The notes under the pieces: generated by a model | What the model was told of the DNA's origin: nothing | Databases searched by the model: none | Seen by the model: the letters and a program-made list of their open reading frames with translations, nothing else | Part shown: positions 30,253-40,314 of the stretch, one piece after another | Position numbering within the stretch: the stretch's first letter is position 1 | Layout: the number at the start of each line of letters is the position of its first letter | From: Candidatus Poribacteria bacterium | GTDB taxonomy: Bacteria > Poribacteria > WGA-4E > WGA-3G | Assembly: GCA_963663765.2 (NCBI GenBank) | Contig: CAXXUA010000005.1 | Coordinates: 768,001 to 832,000 of the forward strand | DNA length: 64,000 bases | Direction of reading: 5' to 3' | Made by a program: the position numbers and the translations under genes

Positions 30253-31266
30253 ATGAATTATCAACGCAAGATTATCATAGCCTTCAGTTTGTTGTTTGGT
30301 CTCATTATCATTGGTACTGTTGGATATTCCATACTTGAAAAGAACAATCCTGATTGGAATTTATTTGTTTCAGTTTGGATGACCGTTATTACATTAACGA
30401 CTACTGGGTATGATGCCATGGGGATGGGTTATCCTAGCCGCGCCTTCACCCTATTTCTACTTATCGGTGGTTTTGGGATGTTTGCATATTGTGTTACAAT
30501 CGCGACTGCTTTTCTCGTTGAGGGACAATTACAGAGTTTTTTTAAACATAGAAAAATGCTACGAACTGTTGTTAAATTATCCAATCACTATATAATCTGC
30601 GGACTCGGTGATACCGGGGTGCATGTTCTTGATGAAATGCTTGAGCATGAAGTTAATTTTGTTGGTATTGAAATGGATGAGGAACGTTTAGAGCACCTCG
30701 CTGAAACGCGTAATTTTCTATATATACACGGGGATGCGACAGACGACGACATCCTCATCCGTTCAGGTGTGGAACGTGCGAAAGGACTTGTTACATGTCT
30801 TAGTCGTGACCAGGATAATCTGTTTGTAGTTATTTCTGCCAAAAACCTGAATCCCACATTACGTATTGTCTCCAAGGCAGTGGAATACAATTCTCCCGAC
30901 AAACTGATGACCGCTGGAGCAGATGAAGTCGTCTTACCCGATCATATCGGTGGTATCCGACTAGCATCAGGTATCCTTGAACCGCATCTAATTGATTTCA
31001 TCACCAAAATGCAGGAAAGTCGACAAATCACAAGATTTGCTGAATCTATTGTCCAGGCCGATTCAAAACTTGATGGGGTTTCTCTTCGGGATTCACATAT
31101 TCTCGAAGAAACGGGTTTAGTGGTTATCGCACTGCGCAGTAAAGATGGAACATATATATACAATCCATCGGGAGATTGGAAAATTGAAGCAGGAGACGGT
31201 CTCTTTATTATCGCCGACCCAAAACAATTGCAAACTCTTAACAAATTAACTGGCGACCCACACTAA
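30253..31266 (+). CDS. Potassium channel with RCK (TrkA-N/TrkA-C) domains
   Basis: TLTTTGY filter, ICGLGDTG, GDAT. Confidence 0.92.
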   Translation: MNYQRKIIIAFSLLFGLIIIGTVGYSILEKNNPDWNLFVSVWMTVITLTTTGYDAMGMGYPSRAFTLFLLIGGFGMFAYCVTIATAFLVEGQLQSFFKHRKMLRTVVKLSNHYIICGLGDTGVHVLDEMLEHEVNFVGIEMDEERLEHLAETRNFLYIHGDATDDDILIRSGVERAKGLVTCLSRDQDNLFVVISAKNLNPTLRIVSKAVEYNSPDKLMTAGADEVVLPDHIGGIRLASGILEPHLIDFITKMQESRQITRFAESIVQADSKLDGVSLRDSHILEETGLVVIALRSKDGTYIYNPSGDWKIEAGDGLFIIADPKQLQTLNKLTGDPH

Positions 31267-31302
31267 CATGATCTTGCATCTAAGATAAAGAAGGAAATCT
31301 GT

Positions 31303-32841
31303 ATGCTCGCAACTGTCCTCAGCAGTGCTGTACTGGGAATTGATGCTTATATTGTCAAAGTAGAAGTAGATGTCTCGGACGGTCTACCCGCATTTAACAC
31401 TGTTGGTTTACCAGACAGTGCTATTAAAGAGAGCAAAGATCGAGTTACAGCAGCAATAAAAAATTCTGACTTTTACTTCCCACCGAGTCGTATTACTGCT
31501 AACTTAGCACCTGCGGATATCCGTAAAACTGGTTCCGCATTTGACCTCCCCATCGCTATCGGTGTTATGGCTGCTACGAATCAAATAGATTTTACCAATC
31601 TTGAAAATACGATGATCCTGGGTGAACTCGCACTTGATGGTACTATCCGGAGCATACAAGGTGGCCTGCCAATTGCAATTGCAGCAAAAAAACACGGTGT
31701 GGAAAACCTTATTCTCCCAGCAGAAAATGCTAAGGAAGCAGCAATCGTTGACGCGTTGAGAGTATTCCCCGTTAAATCTCTATCGGATGCAGTCGCCTTC
31801 CTGAATTCTGCAAAAGAAATTGATCCCGAAACACATACACTCAGCACAGACCTAGAAACAGAGGAGACTCAACCCTATGTCGATTTAATTGATGTCAAAG
31901 GACAAGAGCATGTAAAACGTGCTGTTGAAGTTGCAGCAGCGGGAGGACATAACCTGATAATGATTGGTCCGCCCGGTTCCGGTAAAACGATGATCGCAAA
32001 GCGAATCCCATCAATTTTGCCAAAATTGTCTACAGAAGAATCCTTGGAAACAACGAAGATACAGAGTATCATCGGCATTTTACCCAGCGATACACCATTG
32101 GTAACGAAACGTCCTTTCCGTTCTCCACATCACACTATTTCTGACGCAGGATTGATTGGCGGTGGCAATGTACCAAAACCCGGTGAGGTGAGTTTGTCAC
32201 ATAACGGTGTACTTTTTCTTGATGAACTGCCAGAATTCCGTAGAAACGTGCTTGAAGTCATGCGGCAACCATTGGAAGATGGACATGTGACAATTTCGCG
32301 GGCCGCTGCATCACTAACCTATCCTGCCAATTTCATGCTCGTAGCAGCCATGAACCCTTGTCCATGCGGCTTCTTCAGCGACCCAAACCGTGAGTGCAAA
32401 TGTTCTTCTAAGCAAATTCAGACCTATGTTTCACGCATTTCTGGACCGCTGTTAGACAGAATTGATATCCAAGCTGAAGTGCCTGCGGTGAAGTATGCTG
32501 AACTATCTGCAGACGTTACAGGTGAAACTTCAACGATCGTACGCAAACGGGTGGAGGCAGCCCGAAGAATACAACATCAACGCTTTTGCGATACAAATAT
32601 ACATGCAAACGCGAGCATGGAATCCAAGCAGATACGAGAATACTGTAAGATCGAATCTTCCGCACAAGACCTACTTCGAGTTGCAATCAACCAATTAGGT
32701 TTGAGTGCAAGAGCTTATGATCGGATCTTGAAGGTCTCTCGGACTATCGCAGATTTAGACATCAGTTCCAATATAGAAGCAGGACATGTCTCCGAGGCAA
32801 TACAATATCGGAGTTTAGATCGAAGTTTCTGGAAAAAATAG
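31303..32841 (+). CDS. comM: YifB/ComM Mg-chelatase-like AAA+ ATPase
   Basis: [34 protein letters not shown]. Confidence 0.95.
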   Translation: MLATVLSSAVLGIDAYIVKVEVDVSDGLPAFNTVGLPDSAIKESKDRVTAAIKNSDFYFPPSRITANLAPADIRKTGSAFDLPIAIGVMAATNQIDFTNLENTMILGELALDGTIRSIQGGLPIAIAAKKHGVENLILPAENAKEAAIVDALRVFPVKSLSDAVAFLNSAKEIDPETHTLSTDLETEETQPYVDLIDVKGQEHVKRAVEVAAAGGHNLIMIGPPGSGKTMIAKRIPSILPKLSTEESLETTKIQSIIGILPSDTPLVTKRPFRSPHHTISDAGLIGGGNVPKPGEVSLSHNGVLFLDELPEFRRNVLEVMRQPLEDGHVTISRAAASLTYPANFMLVAAMNPCPCGFFSDPNRECKCSSKQIQTYVSRISGPLLDRIDIQAEVPAVKYAELSADVTGETSTIVRKRVEAARRIQHQRFCDTNIHANASMESKQIREYCKIESSAQDLLRVAINQLGLSARAYDRILKVSRTIADLDISSNIEAGHVSEAIQYRSLDRSFWKK

Positions 32842-32911
32842 CATCTAAAACTTTACAATCCACATAAATTGAAATGTCATTAACTCTGGTAATGCTGTTC
32901 ACACAATAGAT

Positions 32912-34564
32912 ATGAGTCAGGAGGAAACTGAACAAATGTCTCATCGTATCTTACACATTATAATCGTTGTATTCCTTTTCTGCTATTTGACATTTGCTGA
33001 AGCGGCATCTCTCATCAATGTCCCGCTCAACCCCAACATTTCCGATTTCAATACTGAAACCTACCGCTTTATTCATCGTTTACTTAATAAACGTGTAGTG
33101 TCGGGTGTTACGCGCGGTTCTCTACCTTTCACACGAAAACAGATTGTATCTATCCTATTAGATGTCTCTAAAAGACAGGAAAATGGTGATATCTCACTGA
33201 GTATCAACGACCAGAAGCGACTGAGAGAATTGTTAGCGTTTTATTCAGAGGCTGGCACCCAAACACCACCTGACCGTAGATTACACCTGATGACACTCAC
33301 CGATAATGCATCCTATCGGTTCTCCTTTGATTTACGAGCTGGACACCGAGAAATCACACGTCTGGTTGATAACATGTCAGAAATACCTGCGGAGGAAGGG
33401 AATATGCATACCACTGCACTGTTCCCGCATGTGTATGGACAGGTGGAGGAAGGTTTCGCTTTCTCAGCCGATATGGCATACAGATTCCTATATGGAGACA
33501 TCTTTGACGATGTCTATCAAGACGAGTCAAAATATAGACAATTGGAGGGACAACTAAAAAATAGAACTACCATCAATAGTTATCTCAAGTTTAATATGCC
33601 ATGGTTTGAATTGCAGTTTGGGCAAGACAATCTGCAATGGGGACCCGGTTATCACGGCAATCTACTGGTTTCCTCAAACCCCATTGCTATGGACATGGTG
33701 AAGTTTCAAGCCACATTCAAAACGATAACTTTTACCGGATTCACTGGTGTTTTAGAAGACATGTCCGAAGACATCAATGACAAGTATATTTCTGGGCATA
33801 GAATCGAAGGATATTTCTGGAACAGGTTCGGGTTAGGGATATCTGAAGTCGTTGTTTATGGAAACCGTTTTGAACCCGGTTATCTAAACCCAGTCAATAT
33901 TTACCTTATTAATGAGCAAACTATATCCCGTGCTGACAGTCGCGCACCTGGGAGTGGAGATAATGTGTTTGCAAGTGTTGATATGCGACTCCGTCTTATG
34001 GATAATTTTGAAATATACAGTGAGTTAATAATGGACGATGGGAATCCTGCTGCCAGTTTTAAACATTGGGATACAAAATTCGGCATACTTGGCGGTATCT
34101 ATATTACTGACCCATTCGGACTTACAGATACCGACTTTCACGCAGAATATGCATTTGTTAACCAATACACATATACACATGTCAATCCAGTAAACGTCTA
34201 CAAACATTTTACGTCTGTTATAGGGCATCACATTGGAACTGACGCTGATAATTTATGGATTGAACTCAGAAGACGTTTTACGGATAAACTTGAAACCGTT
34301 TTTGGTTATGAACTTGAACGGCACGGTGAAGGTGACATAGAGAAAAATCATCCTGTTGATGCCCCAAAAGATGACGTATGGACACCGCTTTCCGGAATAA
34401 CTGAAAGTGAACACCGATTACGAATCGGATTTAACTGGGTTAATATCGGAGATTATTCAGTATATGGTGAATGGAATCGGATTTGGCGGCGAAACTATGG
34501 AAATCAATACGGGGTCCACGAAACAGGAAATGAAATTCAAGCAAAGGCACTTTATAGATTTTAA
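32912..34564 (+). CDS. Wzi-family capsule assembly outer-membrane protein
   Basis: QWGPGYHGNLLVS, YISGHR, GISEVVVY, IGHHIG; C-terminal aromatic residue. Confidence 0.75.
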   Translation: MSQEETEQMSHRILHIIIVVFLFCYLTFAEAASLINVPLNPNISDFNTETYRFIHRLLNKRVVSGVTRGSLPFTRKQIVSILLDVSKRQENGDISLSINDQKRLRELLAFYSEAGTQTPPDRRLHLMTLTDNASYRFSFDLRAGHREITRLVDNMSEIPAEEGNMHTTALFPHVYGQVEEGFAFSADMAYRFLYGDIFDDVYQDESKYRQLEGQLKNRTTINSYLKFNMPWFELQFGQDNLQWGPGYHGNLLVSSNPIAMDMVKFQATFKTITFTGFTGVLEDMSEDINDKYISGHRIEGYFWNRFGLGISEVVVYGNRFEPGYLNPVNIYLINEQTISRADSRAPGSGDNVFASVDMRLRLMDNFEIYSELIMDDGNPAASFKHWDTKFGILGGIYITDPFGLTDTDFHAEYAFVNQYTYTHVNPVNVYKHFTSVIGHHIGTDADNLWIELRRRFTDKLETVFGYELERHGEGDIEKNHPVDAPKDDVWTPLSGITESEHRLRIGFNWVNIGDYSVYGEWNRIWRRNYGNQYGVHETGNEIQAKALYRF

Positions 34565-34715
34565 TAAAACCTTAACTTTTCGCTGTTTTTTCTTGATTTT
34601 TAAGGGGCATTGCGAATTTCAATCGTAACAATATTTTAAATGAAGATTCATTTCGGTCTACGCAACAAAAAAATTGATTTTTAGGTAATCTTGGTATCAT
34701 TCAGAAGGACAAAAA

Positions 34716-35846
34716 ATGAAAATTCGCGTATTAGGTATTCGCGGACTACCGGGAACCTATAGTGGCTTGGAAACCATTATGGGTGAACTTGCACCACGTT
34801 GGGTAGAAGCAGGACATGAGGTTACTGTATATTGCAGAAAAGCAGCATACAAAGAAAGACCCCCCGAATGGAAAGGAATCAAATTAATCTATTTACCCAG
34901 TATTGAACACAAAGTCTTTAGTACCCTTAGTCATAGTTTTTTGGCAACTGTACATGCATCATTTTCACCCTCTGATGCCATACTTGTTTGGAATGCGGGT
35001 AACGGTCCATTTGGTTGGTTTTTCCGCTTCGCTGGAAAAAACGCTGTTATCAACGTTGATGGCATGGAGTGGCTGCGTCCAAAGTGGAAAGGTATCGGAG
35101 CAGTCTATTTCAAATGGGCAGCAAAGATGGCAACATCAGCATTTCCCCTTGTGATTACCGATGCCGAAGAAATGAAAAGACTCTATCTTCAAGAATTAGG
35201 AGCTGAAACTACATATATCGCTTACGGTGCAAACATTGAACCTTCTGAACATCCTGAAATACTCAAGGACTATGGACTTGAATCAAGAGAATACTATCTG
35301 ATCGCAAGTCGTCTTGTTCCCGATAACAATGCTGACCTGATTTTAGAAGCGTTCGTTAATTCAAATAGCACGAAAAAACTCGCAATAGCCGGTGGTGCAG
35401 ACTACAAAGGCAACAAACTTGAAAACCAATTTTTGGATAAATTAAAAAGTATCGCAAATGAGAATGTCATGTTCCTCGGACACATTGACAATTCTGAGCA
35501 TATAAAAGAACTACATCACCATTGTTTCGCGTACATACACGGACATCAGTTCGGTGGCATTAATCCTTCAATATTGAAAGCGTTGGGTTTTTCTAACTGC
35601 ATTCTGGCTCTGAATACCCCTTTCAACCATGAAGTGTTAGAAGGAGGAACCTACGGTGTGCTCTTTGAGAAAAATTCTGAATCTCTCAAAACCAAAATTG
35701 ATGAATTAGAACAAAATCCCGATACAGTAGAGAACTTTCGCGAACGAGCACCAGAACAGATACGTAAACGATTCAATTGGGATCATATCGCGGCACAATA
35801 CATTGACGCATTCCAAAAACTGCAAAAAAAAAAAAGTAAACATTAA
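34716..35846 (+). CDS. GT4 glycosyltransferase (DUF1972 type)
   Basis: GIRGLPGTYSGLET, INVDGMEW, YIAYG, GGINPS. Confidence 0.92.
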   Translation: MKIRVLGIRGLPGTYSGLETIMGELAPRWVEAGHEVTVYCRKAAYKERPPEWKGIKLIYLPSIEHKVFSTLSHSFLATVHASFSPSDAILVWNAGNGPFGWFFRFAGKNAVINVDGMEWLRPKWKGIGAVYFKWAAKMATSAFPLVITDAEEMKRLYLQELGAETTYIAYGANIEPSEHPEILKDYGLESREYYLIASRLVPDNNADLILEAFVNSNSTKKLAIAGGADYKGNKLENQFLDKLKSIANENVMFLGHIDNSEHIKELHHHCFAYIHGHQFGGINPSILKALGFSNCILALNTPFNHEVLEGGTYGVLFEKNSESLKTKIDELEQNPDTVENFRERAPEQIRKRFNWDHIAAQYIDAFQKLQKKKSKH

Positions 35847-35881
35847 CCCTAACTTATTAATTTAGCACAAGGTAAAGCACA

Positions 35882-36544
35882 ATGGCACATTTGCCAATAA
35901 ATTACGGGGTAACCAAAACTGATTTTTCATATATGAACGATCCAGCAGCACCTACTTCAGTTGAAAAACTTACCTCATTCTATGCAAGACGGGGAAAATA
36001 TCTACTTGACTTTGTCGCATCATTTTTCTTGATTCTGATATTTGCTCCTTTGATGATACTGTTAGCGATAGTAATAAAACTCACTTCGCGCGGTCCAATC
36101 TTTTTCTCTCACAAGAGGGTAGGTTTAAACAACAAACTCTTTGTCATACATAAGTTTAGAAGCCTTCATATTGATACGCCTTCCTATTCTGAAAAGCCTG
36201 ATTCAACGCAAGATGTTCGCATCACGCCGATTGGGAAATGGATTCGAAAAACAAGCTTAGACGAATTACCGCAACTGTTTAACGTTATAAAAGGGGAGAT
36301 GAGTCTGGTCGGACCGCGTCCTGAAATGCCCTTCCTTGCAGATGATTATGAACCTTGGGAAAATCAACGGCATCTGGTACGTCCCGGTATGACTGGTTTG
36401 TGGCAGCTAAGTTTCCGCAGAAAAGGCTCCATACGTGAAGGTATTCCTGTGGATTTGGAATACATTGAAAATCTATCATTGTGGAATGATTTCAAAATAC
36501 TACTCCGCACCTTCAAAGTATTTTGGGATGACAACACATACTAA
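35882..36544 (+). CDS. Polyprenyl-phosphate sugar phosphotransferase (Bac_transf)
   Basis: KFRS, RKTSLDELPQLFNV, MSLVGPRP, PGMTGLWQ. Confidence 0.95.
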   Translation: MAHLPINYGVTKTDFSYMNDPAAPTSVEKLTSFYARRGKYLLDFVASFFLILIFAPLMILLAIVIKLTSRGPIFFSHKRVGLNNKLFVIHKFRSLHIDTPSYSEKPDSTQDVRITPIGKWIRKTSLDELPQLFNVIKGEMSLVGPRPEMPFLADDYEPWENQRHLVRPGMTGLWQLSFRRKGSIREGIPVDLEYIENLSLWNDFKILLRTFKVFWDDNTY

Positions 36545-36784
36545 AACCATTCCGTAATCCTACACGCTATATTCAATAGCAATCAATTATGGTGAAATTT
36601 AAAAATAAGTTTACATTTCTACAATTTACCATATTGGCTGTCATCTAATACCATTTCTATTAATTATTATCGCATTATCGATTGTTAGAAATGAAACGGA
36701 ATATGGCACAAACTAACAGTTTATGCTACAAAAAAGAGACATTATTTATTAGAAATGGTATAACAATACCTTCGCCAATAATAG

Positions 36785-36960
36785 ACATTCTGCCAGATTG
36801 TGCGAGCAGTTGTAGCACATTCTGCCAGATTGTGCGGACAGTTGTAGCACATTCTGCCAGATTGTGCGGACAGTTGTAGCACATTCTGCCAGATTGTGCG
36901 GGCAGTTGTAGCACATTCTGCCAGATTGTGCGAGCAGTTGTAGCACATTCTGCCAGATTG
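36785..36960 (+). repeat. Tandem 32-bp REP-like units (ACATTCTGCCAGATTGTGCGxxCAGTTGTAGC)
   Basis: About 5.5 copies; GTAG followed by a hairpin. Confidence 0.95.
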
Positions 36961-37002
36961 CTGATATAGTCATTTCTATTGTCAAATTAGAGGCTATGAT
37001 AA

Positions 37003-37379
37003 CAAGGTTATTCAGTTTTCAATACTTTTGATAATATTTTGCTATGTCGTTAATTTTATGTGTTGCCATCTTGTCCATGTCTTTAGTCCCGTAGGGACGA
37101 TATGTTTATAGAAAAATGTTATCTATCCCTCTTGAGTTCCGTAGGAACGACATAGAAAAATAAACATATCGTCCCTACCAAATCAACGCCAAATGCGCCA
37201 AATCAACGTTATGAATGCCATTAAGGCATTCCCCGTATGGCATTTGTCGGGACTAAAGAGCGATGTTCATTTTTCAATAATCTAAAACTGATGCAGAAAG
37301 TTCGGTTAGGAAACCAAACCTGGGTATTAACTTTCAGTAAATCTCAATAACAGAAAACTCTTAAAACTAAATAACCCTG
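37003..37379. mobile_element. Nested CAGGGTTATT-type MITE
   Basis: 9-bp TSD CTATGATAA; empty site at ~54502; sister at 60507-60845. Confidence 0.9.
37179..37248 (-). mobile_element. Type-2 hairpin micro-element with a type-1 copy nested inside
   Basis: GACAAATGCCATAC[36-bp type 1]GCGCATTTGGCGTTGATTTG; plain copies at 47184, 47268, 49236, 60683. Confidence 0.85.
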
Positions 37380-37715
37380 CTATGATAAAAAAATACTTCA
37401 ACGAAAACCTGAAGTTATTTTTATTTATATAATCCTAACAATATCACAGAGCAATAGTAGATCAACACTATATACTCATTCAACTGAAGTACTCAAAAAT
37501 GGCGAAGGTATTCGTATAAGTATCCTATTCTTTTCTTTGGTAGGAGCGACCTCCTGGTCATGACTGTTTTGATACATGCTCTCCATACGGTCGCAACCAG
37601 TAAATCAACGGTATGAATGTCATTATGAAGATTATATTATTAATCTTCATAATGACATTCCCCGGGCCGCTCCTATCTGTGTGAGTGTGTAATTAATTCC
37701 ATAATTTACCATAGT

Positions 37716-38468
37716 TTATCTTGTAGAAATCGTTCCGCGCACATAAGAACCCTCATCTGATGCAAGAAAGGTCAGTACTCTTGCGACACCAGCCGGATCA
37801 CCAAGGGATTTCGCAGCGTTTGCAACCGCTGCATCAGGGTCCTTTCCTTCACGTTTAGCAGACTGTGCAATTTGTCCGAGCTTAAGCGGCGTTGCTAAAC
37901 CACCGGGACAGATCGTATGCATACGGATATTGAGTGATGCCACTTGGTTGACAACTGTCATTACCAAACCGTTCACACCCCCTTTGCTTGAAGCATAGGC
38001 GACTGAAGAACTACCACCCCGAACTCCAGCCCCAGATGCAATACAGAGGATAACACCTTCATCACTCTTACCCATAATTGGAACAGCATGTTTTACTGCA
38101 TAGAAAGTGCCTTTCAGATTAACATCAATGACTGTATCAAAGGTTGCAGCATCAAAATCTTCAATACGGACGTTTGCCCCCTGCAAGACACCAGCACAAG
38201 TCACTAATGTATCAATCCGACCATACACATCTGTTATAGTTTGCATCAAAGTAGCGACATCAGATTCGGAGGTAACATCGGTATGGTAGTATTTCGCTTC
38301 TCCACCGTTTTTCAGAATCAGTTTCAACGTTTCTTGCCCATCAAGATCATTGATATCTGCCATGACAACATTTGCGCCTGCATCTGCATAGGTAAGTGCC
38401 GTTGCTGCACCGATACCTGTTGAGGCACCCGTAATCACCGCAACCTTGTCTGTGAGTTGTATATTCAC
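37716..38468 (-). CDS. SDR family oxidoreductase
   Basis: TGASTGIG, YASSKGG. Confidence 0.93.
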   Translation of the reverse strand: MNIQLTDKVAVITGASTGIGAATALTYADAGANVVMADINDLDGQETLKLILKNGGEAKYYHTDVTSESDVATLMQTITDVYGRIDTLVTCAGVLQGANVRIEDFDAATFDTVIDVNLKGTFYAVKHAVPIMGKSDEGVILCIASGAGVRGGSSSVAYASSKGGVNGLVMTVVNQVASLNIRMHTICPGGLATPLKLGQIAQSAKREGKDPDAAVANAAKSLGDPAGVARVLTFLASDEGSYVRGTISTR

Positions 38469-38557
38469 GTGTTTTCTCCATCATCAAAAGGGAATTGTAA
38501 ACATAAAGAAAAACTCTTCGTATAAACATCCGTTTTATGCAGTCCTACTGGATGCTG

Positions 38558-39397
38558 CTATTTCTCGTTCCAACAACCCTCTGTATACCCATCCCGTGTA
38601 AATAGTTTCTTACGTTCTGGTGTGGTGCGTTCCATCCATTCAGTGGGAATCTCTTGTGTATAAAGATGTGGCGGACCTGCCTGCTTGAAAATGTCAATGC
38701 AGAAGATTCGGTAAGGTTGTGGTGAATCCAAAGGTTTTGCTTCTACGCCGTGAAAGATGCGTGCGTCAATATAAACCATGCTTCCCGGTGGGAGTTCAAG
38801 CCTTTTTTCTTCCAGTTTGCGTCCAACCTTATCATCAAACTCACCTGCTAAAATTCTTTCAGGTGTTACACCTTCAATTGGTTCAACTTTGTGGCTTCCA
38901 GGGATGACCTTTAGATTTCGGTCTCCGCGTTTAAACCCATTAGGATAATAAAGTATCTGGATGTAGTATTTATCACGTTCAGCGAGATTGATTGGGTTTT
39001 CATAACGCCAATGGTGATGGTCAAAATGATATTGTATTGGACCTATACCTCTTGGTGCAAGGTTTAGCGCGGAATGACAGAAATGATACGCATCACGAAT
39101 AGTTGCACTTAGTAGGTTCGTGATGAAAGGATCGTCAATAAGTCGGTCACTATACTCCTTACGTTCGTTCCAAGGACGTATGAAAAAAGCTCGTGTGTTG
39201 TCTGGATTGCGTTCCAATTCTGCAATGTAGTTTCGTGTAGGTTCAAAATGTTGCGTAATCTCTTGAATCAAACCTTCTCGTCCATCGTCCGTGAATACAT
39301 CAGGATAAGCGATATACCCATCGTTATGAAACGAATCAATATCTTCCTGTGAGGGACCTGATAAACGGAAGAGTGAATCAAGATTAGTTTTTTCCAT
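38558..39397 (-). CDS. Phytanoyl-CoA dioxygenase (PhyH) family protein
   Basis: FHNDGY, YHFD, VIPGSHK, PGS...IFHG. Confidence 0.85.
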   Translation of the reverse strand: MEKTNLDSLFRLSGPSQEDIDSFHNDGYIAYPDVFTDDGREGLIQEITQHFEPTRNYIAELERNPDNTRAFFIRPWNERKEYSDRLIDDPFITNLLSATIRDAYHFCHSALNLAPRGIGPIQYHFDHHHWRYENPINLAERDKYYIQILYYPNGFKRGDRNLKVIPGSHKVEPIEGVTPERILAGEFDDKVGRKLEEKRLELPPGSMVYIDARIFHGVEAKPLDSPQPYRIFCIDIFKQAGPPHLYTQEIPTEWMERTTPERKKLFTRDGYTEGCWNEK

Positions 39398-39446
39398 AGT
39401 GTTATCCTACCATGAGTATTGAATGTGATAGTTTCTGCTAATTTGT

Positions 39447-39475
39447 TTGACTTTTATTTTTTTTAAGAGTACAAT
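39447..39475 (+). promoter_or_regulatory. Sigma70-like promoter of the TA operon
   Basis: TTGACT-17bp-TACAAT. Confidence 0.6.
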
Positions 39476-39522
39476 TTAATTATCCATTGATAATGTGCGT
39501 TATGTTAGACTTTTGTACACAC

Positions 39523-39680
39523 TAGGACTTACGCAAAAACGGTAGGCGGTGAATGCCTAAATGGCATTCATACCGTTGATTTGGTGCTTTGTAAGCGCGC
39601 TGGAAACCCATAGAAACGCTGATAATTACATCATTTTCATCATAATATTTGATTAAAACAAGAAAACTGCGTAAGTCCTG
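39523..39680. mobile_element. MITE sharing ends with the IS701-like element
   Basis: TIR (T/C)AGGACTTACGCA, 5-bp TSD CACAC; carries a REP with a micro-insertion. Confidence 0.88.
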
Positions 39681-39708
39681 CACACAATCTGATAGTAGGA
39701 GAAGTCCA

Positions 39709-39951
39709 TTGAAAAAAATAGATCGCATTACGTTTAATCCAAATGTAATGGGTGGTAAAGCGTGTATACGTGGCATGAGAGTTACCGTTGGAACAGTTGT
39801 TGGTTTGGTTACTTCTGGTTATTCTAATGCTGACATTCTTAAAGCCTACCCTTATTTGGAAGAAGAAGATATTCATCAATCTCTATCTTATGCCGCATGG
39901 CGTGTTGAAGAAATAGAGGTACCACTGAACAACTATGAAGTTGCTGATTGA
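39709..39951 (+). CDS. DUF433 antitoxin
   Basis: RITFNPNVMGGKACIRGMRVTV...YPYLEEEDI; AGGAG RBS. Confidence 0.92.
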   Translation: MKKIDRITFNPNVMGGKACIRGMRVTVGTVVGLVTSGYSNADILKAYPYLEEEDIHQSLSYAAWRVEEIEVPLNNYEVAD

Positions 39952-40297
39952 TATGAATCTCCCACCCGATTGGGTAAATATATTTCAACAGCACGGATGG
40001 TATGCTATTCATTGGCGAGAAATTGGTGATCCACGTGCATCAGATAGTACTATCATGGCATGCGCGCGTGACAACGGTTATGTTGTCTTCAAAAGGGATC
40101 TTGACTTTGGAACGTTGCTTGCAACTACTAATGCGAAAGGTCCAAGCGTGATTCAGATTCGTGCAAAAGACGTTATTCCTCAGACTATGGGAAATTTGCT
40201 TGTTGAAGTTATTCATCAACACCATTCAACTTTAGATCAGGGTGTTTTGATTACCGTGACCGAAGATCGAGTTCGTTTACGGACTTTGCCTTTATAG
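39935..40297 (+). CDS. DUF5615 PIN-like toxin
   Basis: MKLLIDMNLPP, ASD, DLDFG. Confidence 0.9.
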   Translation: MKLLIDMNLPPDWVNIFQQHGWYAIHWREIGDPRASDSTIMACARDNGYVVFKRDLDFGTLLATTNAKGPSVIQIRAKDVIPQTMGNLLVEVIHQHHSTLDQGVLITVTEDRVRLRTLPL

Positions 40298-40314
40298 ACG
40301 AGGATACATAAGTC

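Larger units (their letters stand above)
36764..37513. mobile_element. MITE with TIR CAATACCTTCGCCA carrying a 32-bp REP array and a nested MITE
   Basis: TIRs at 36764-36777 and 37500-37513; TSD GTATAA; sister at 54262-54637. Confidence 0.85.
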
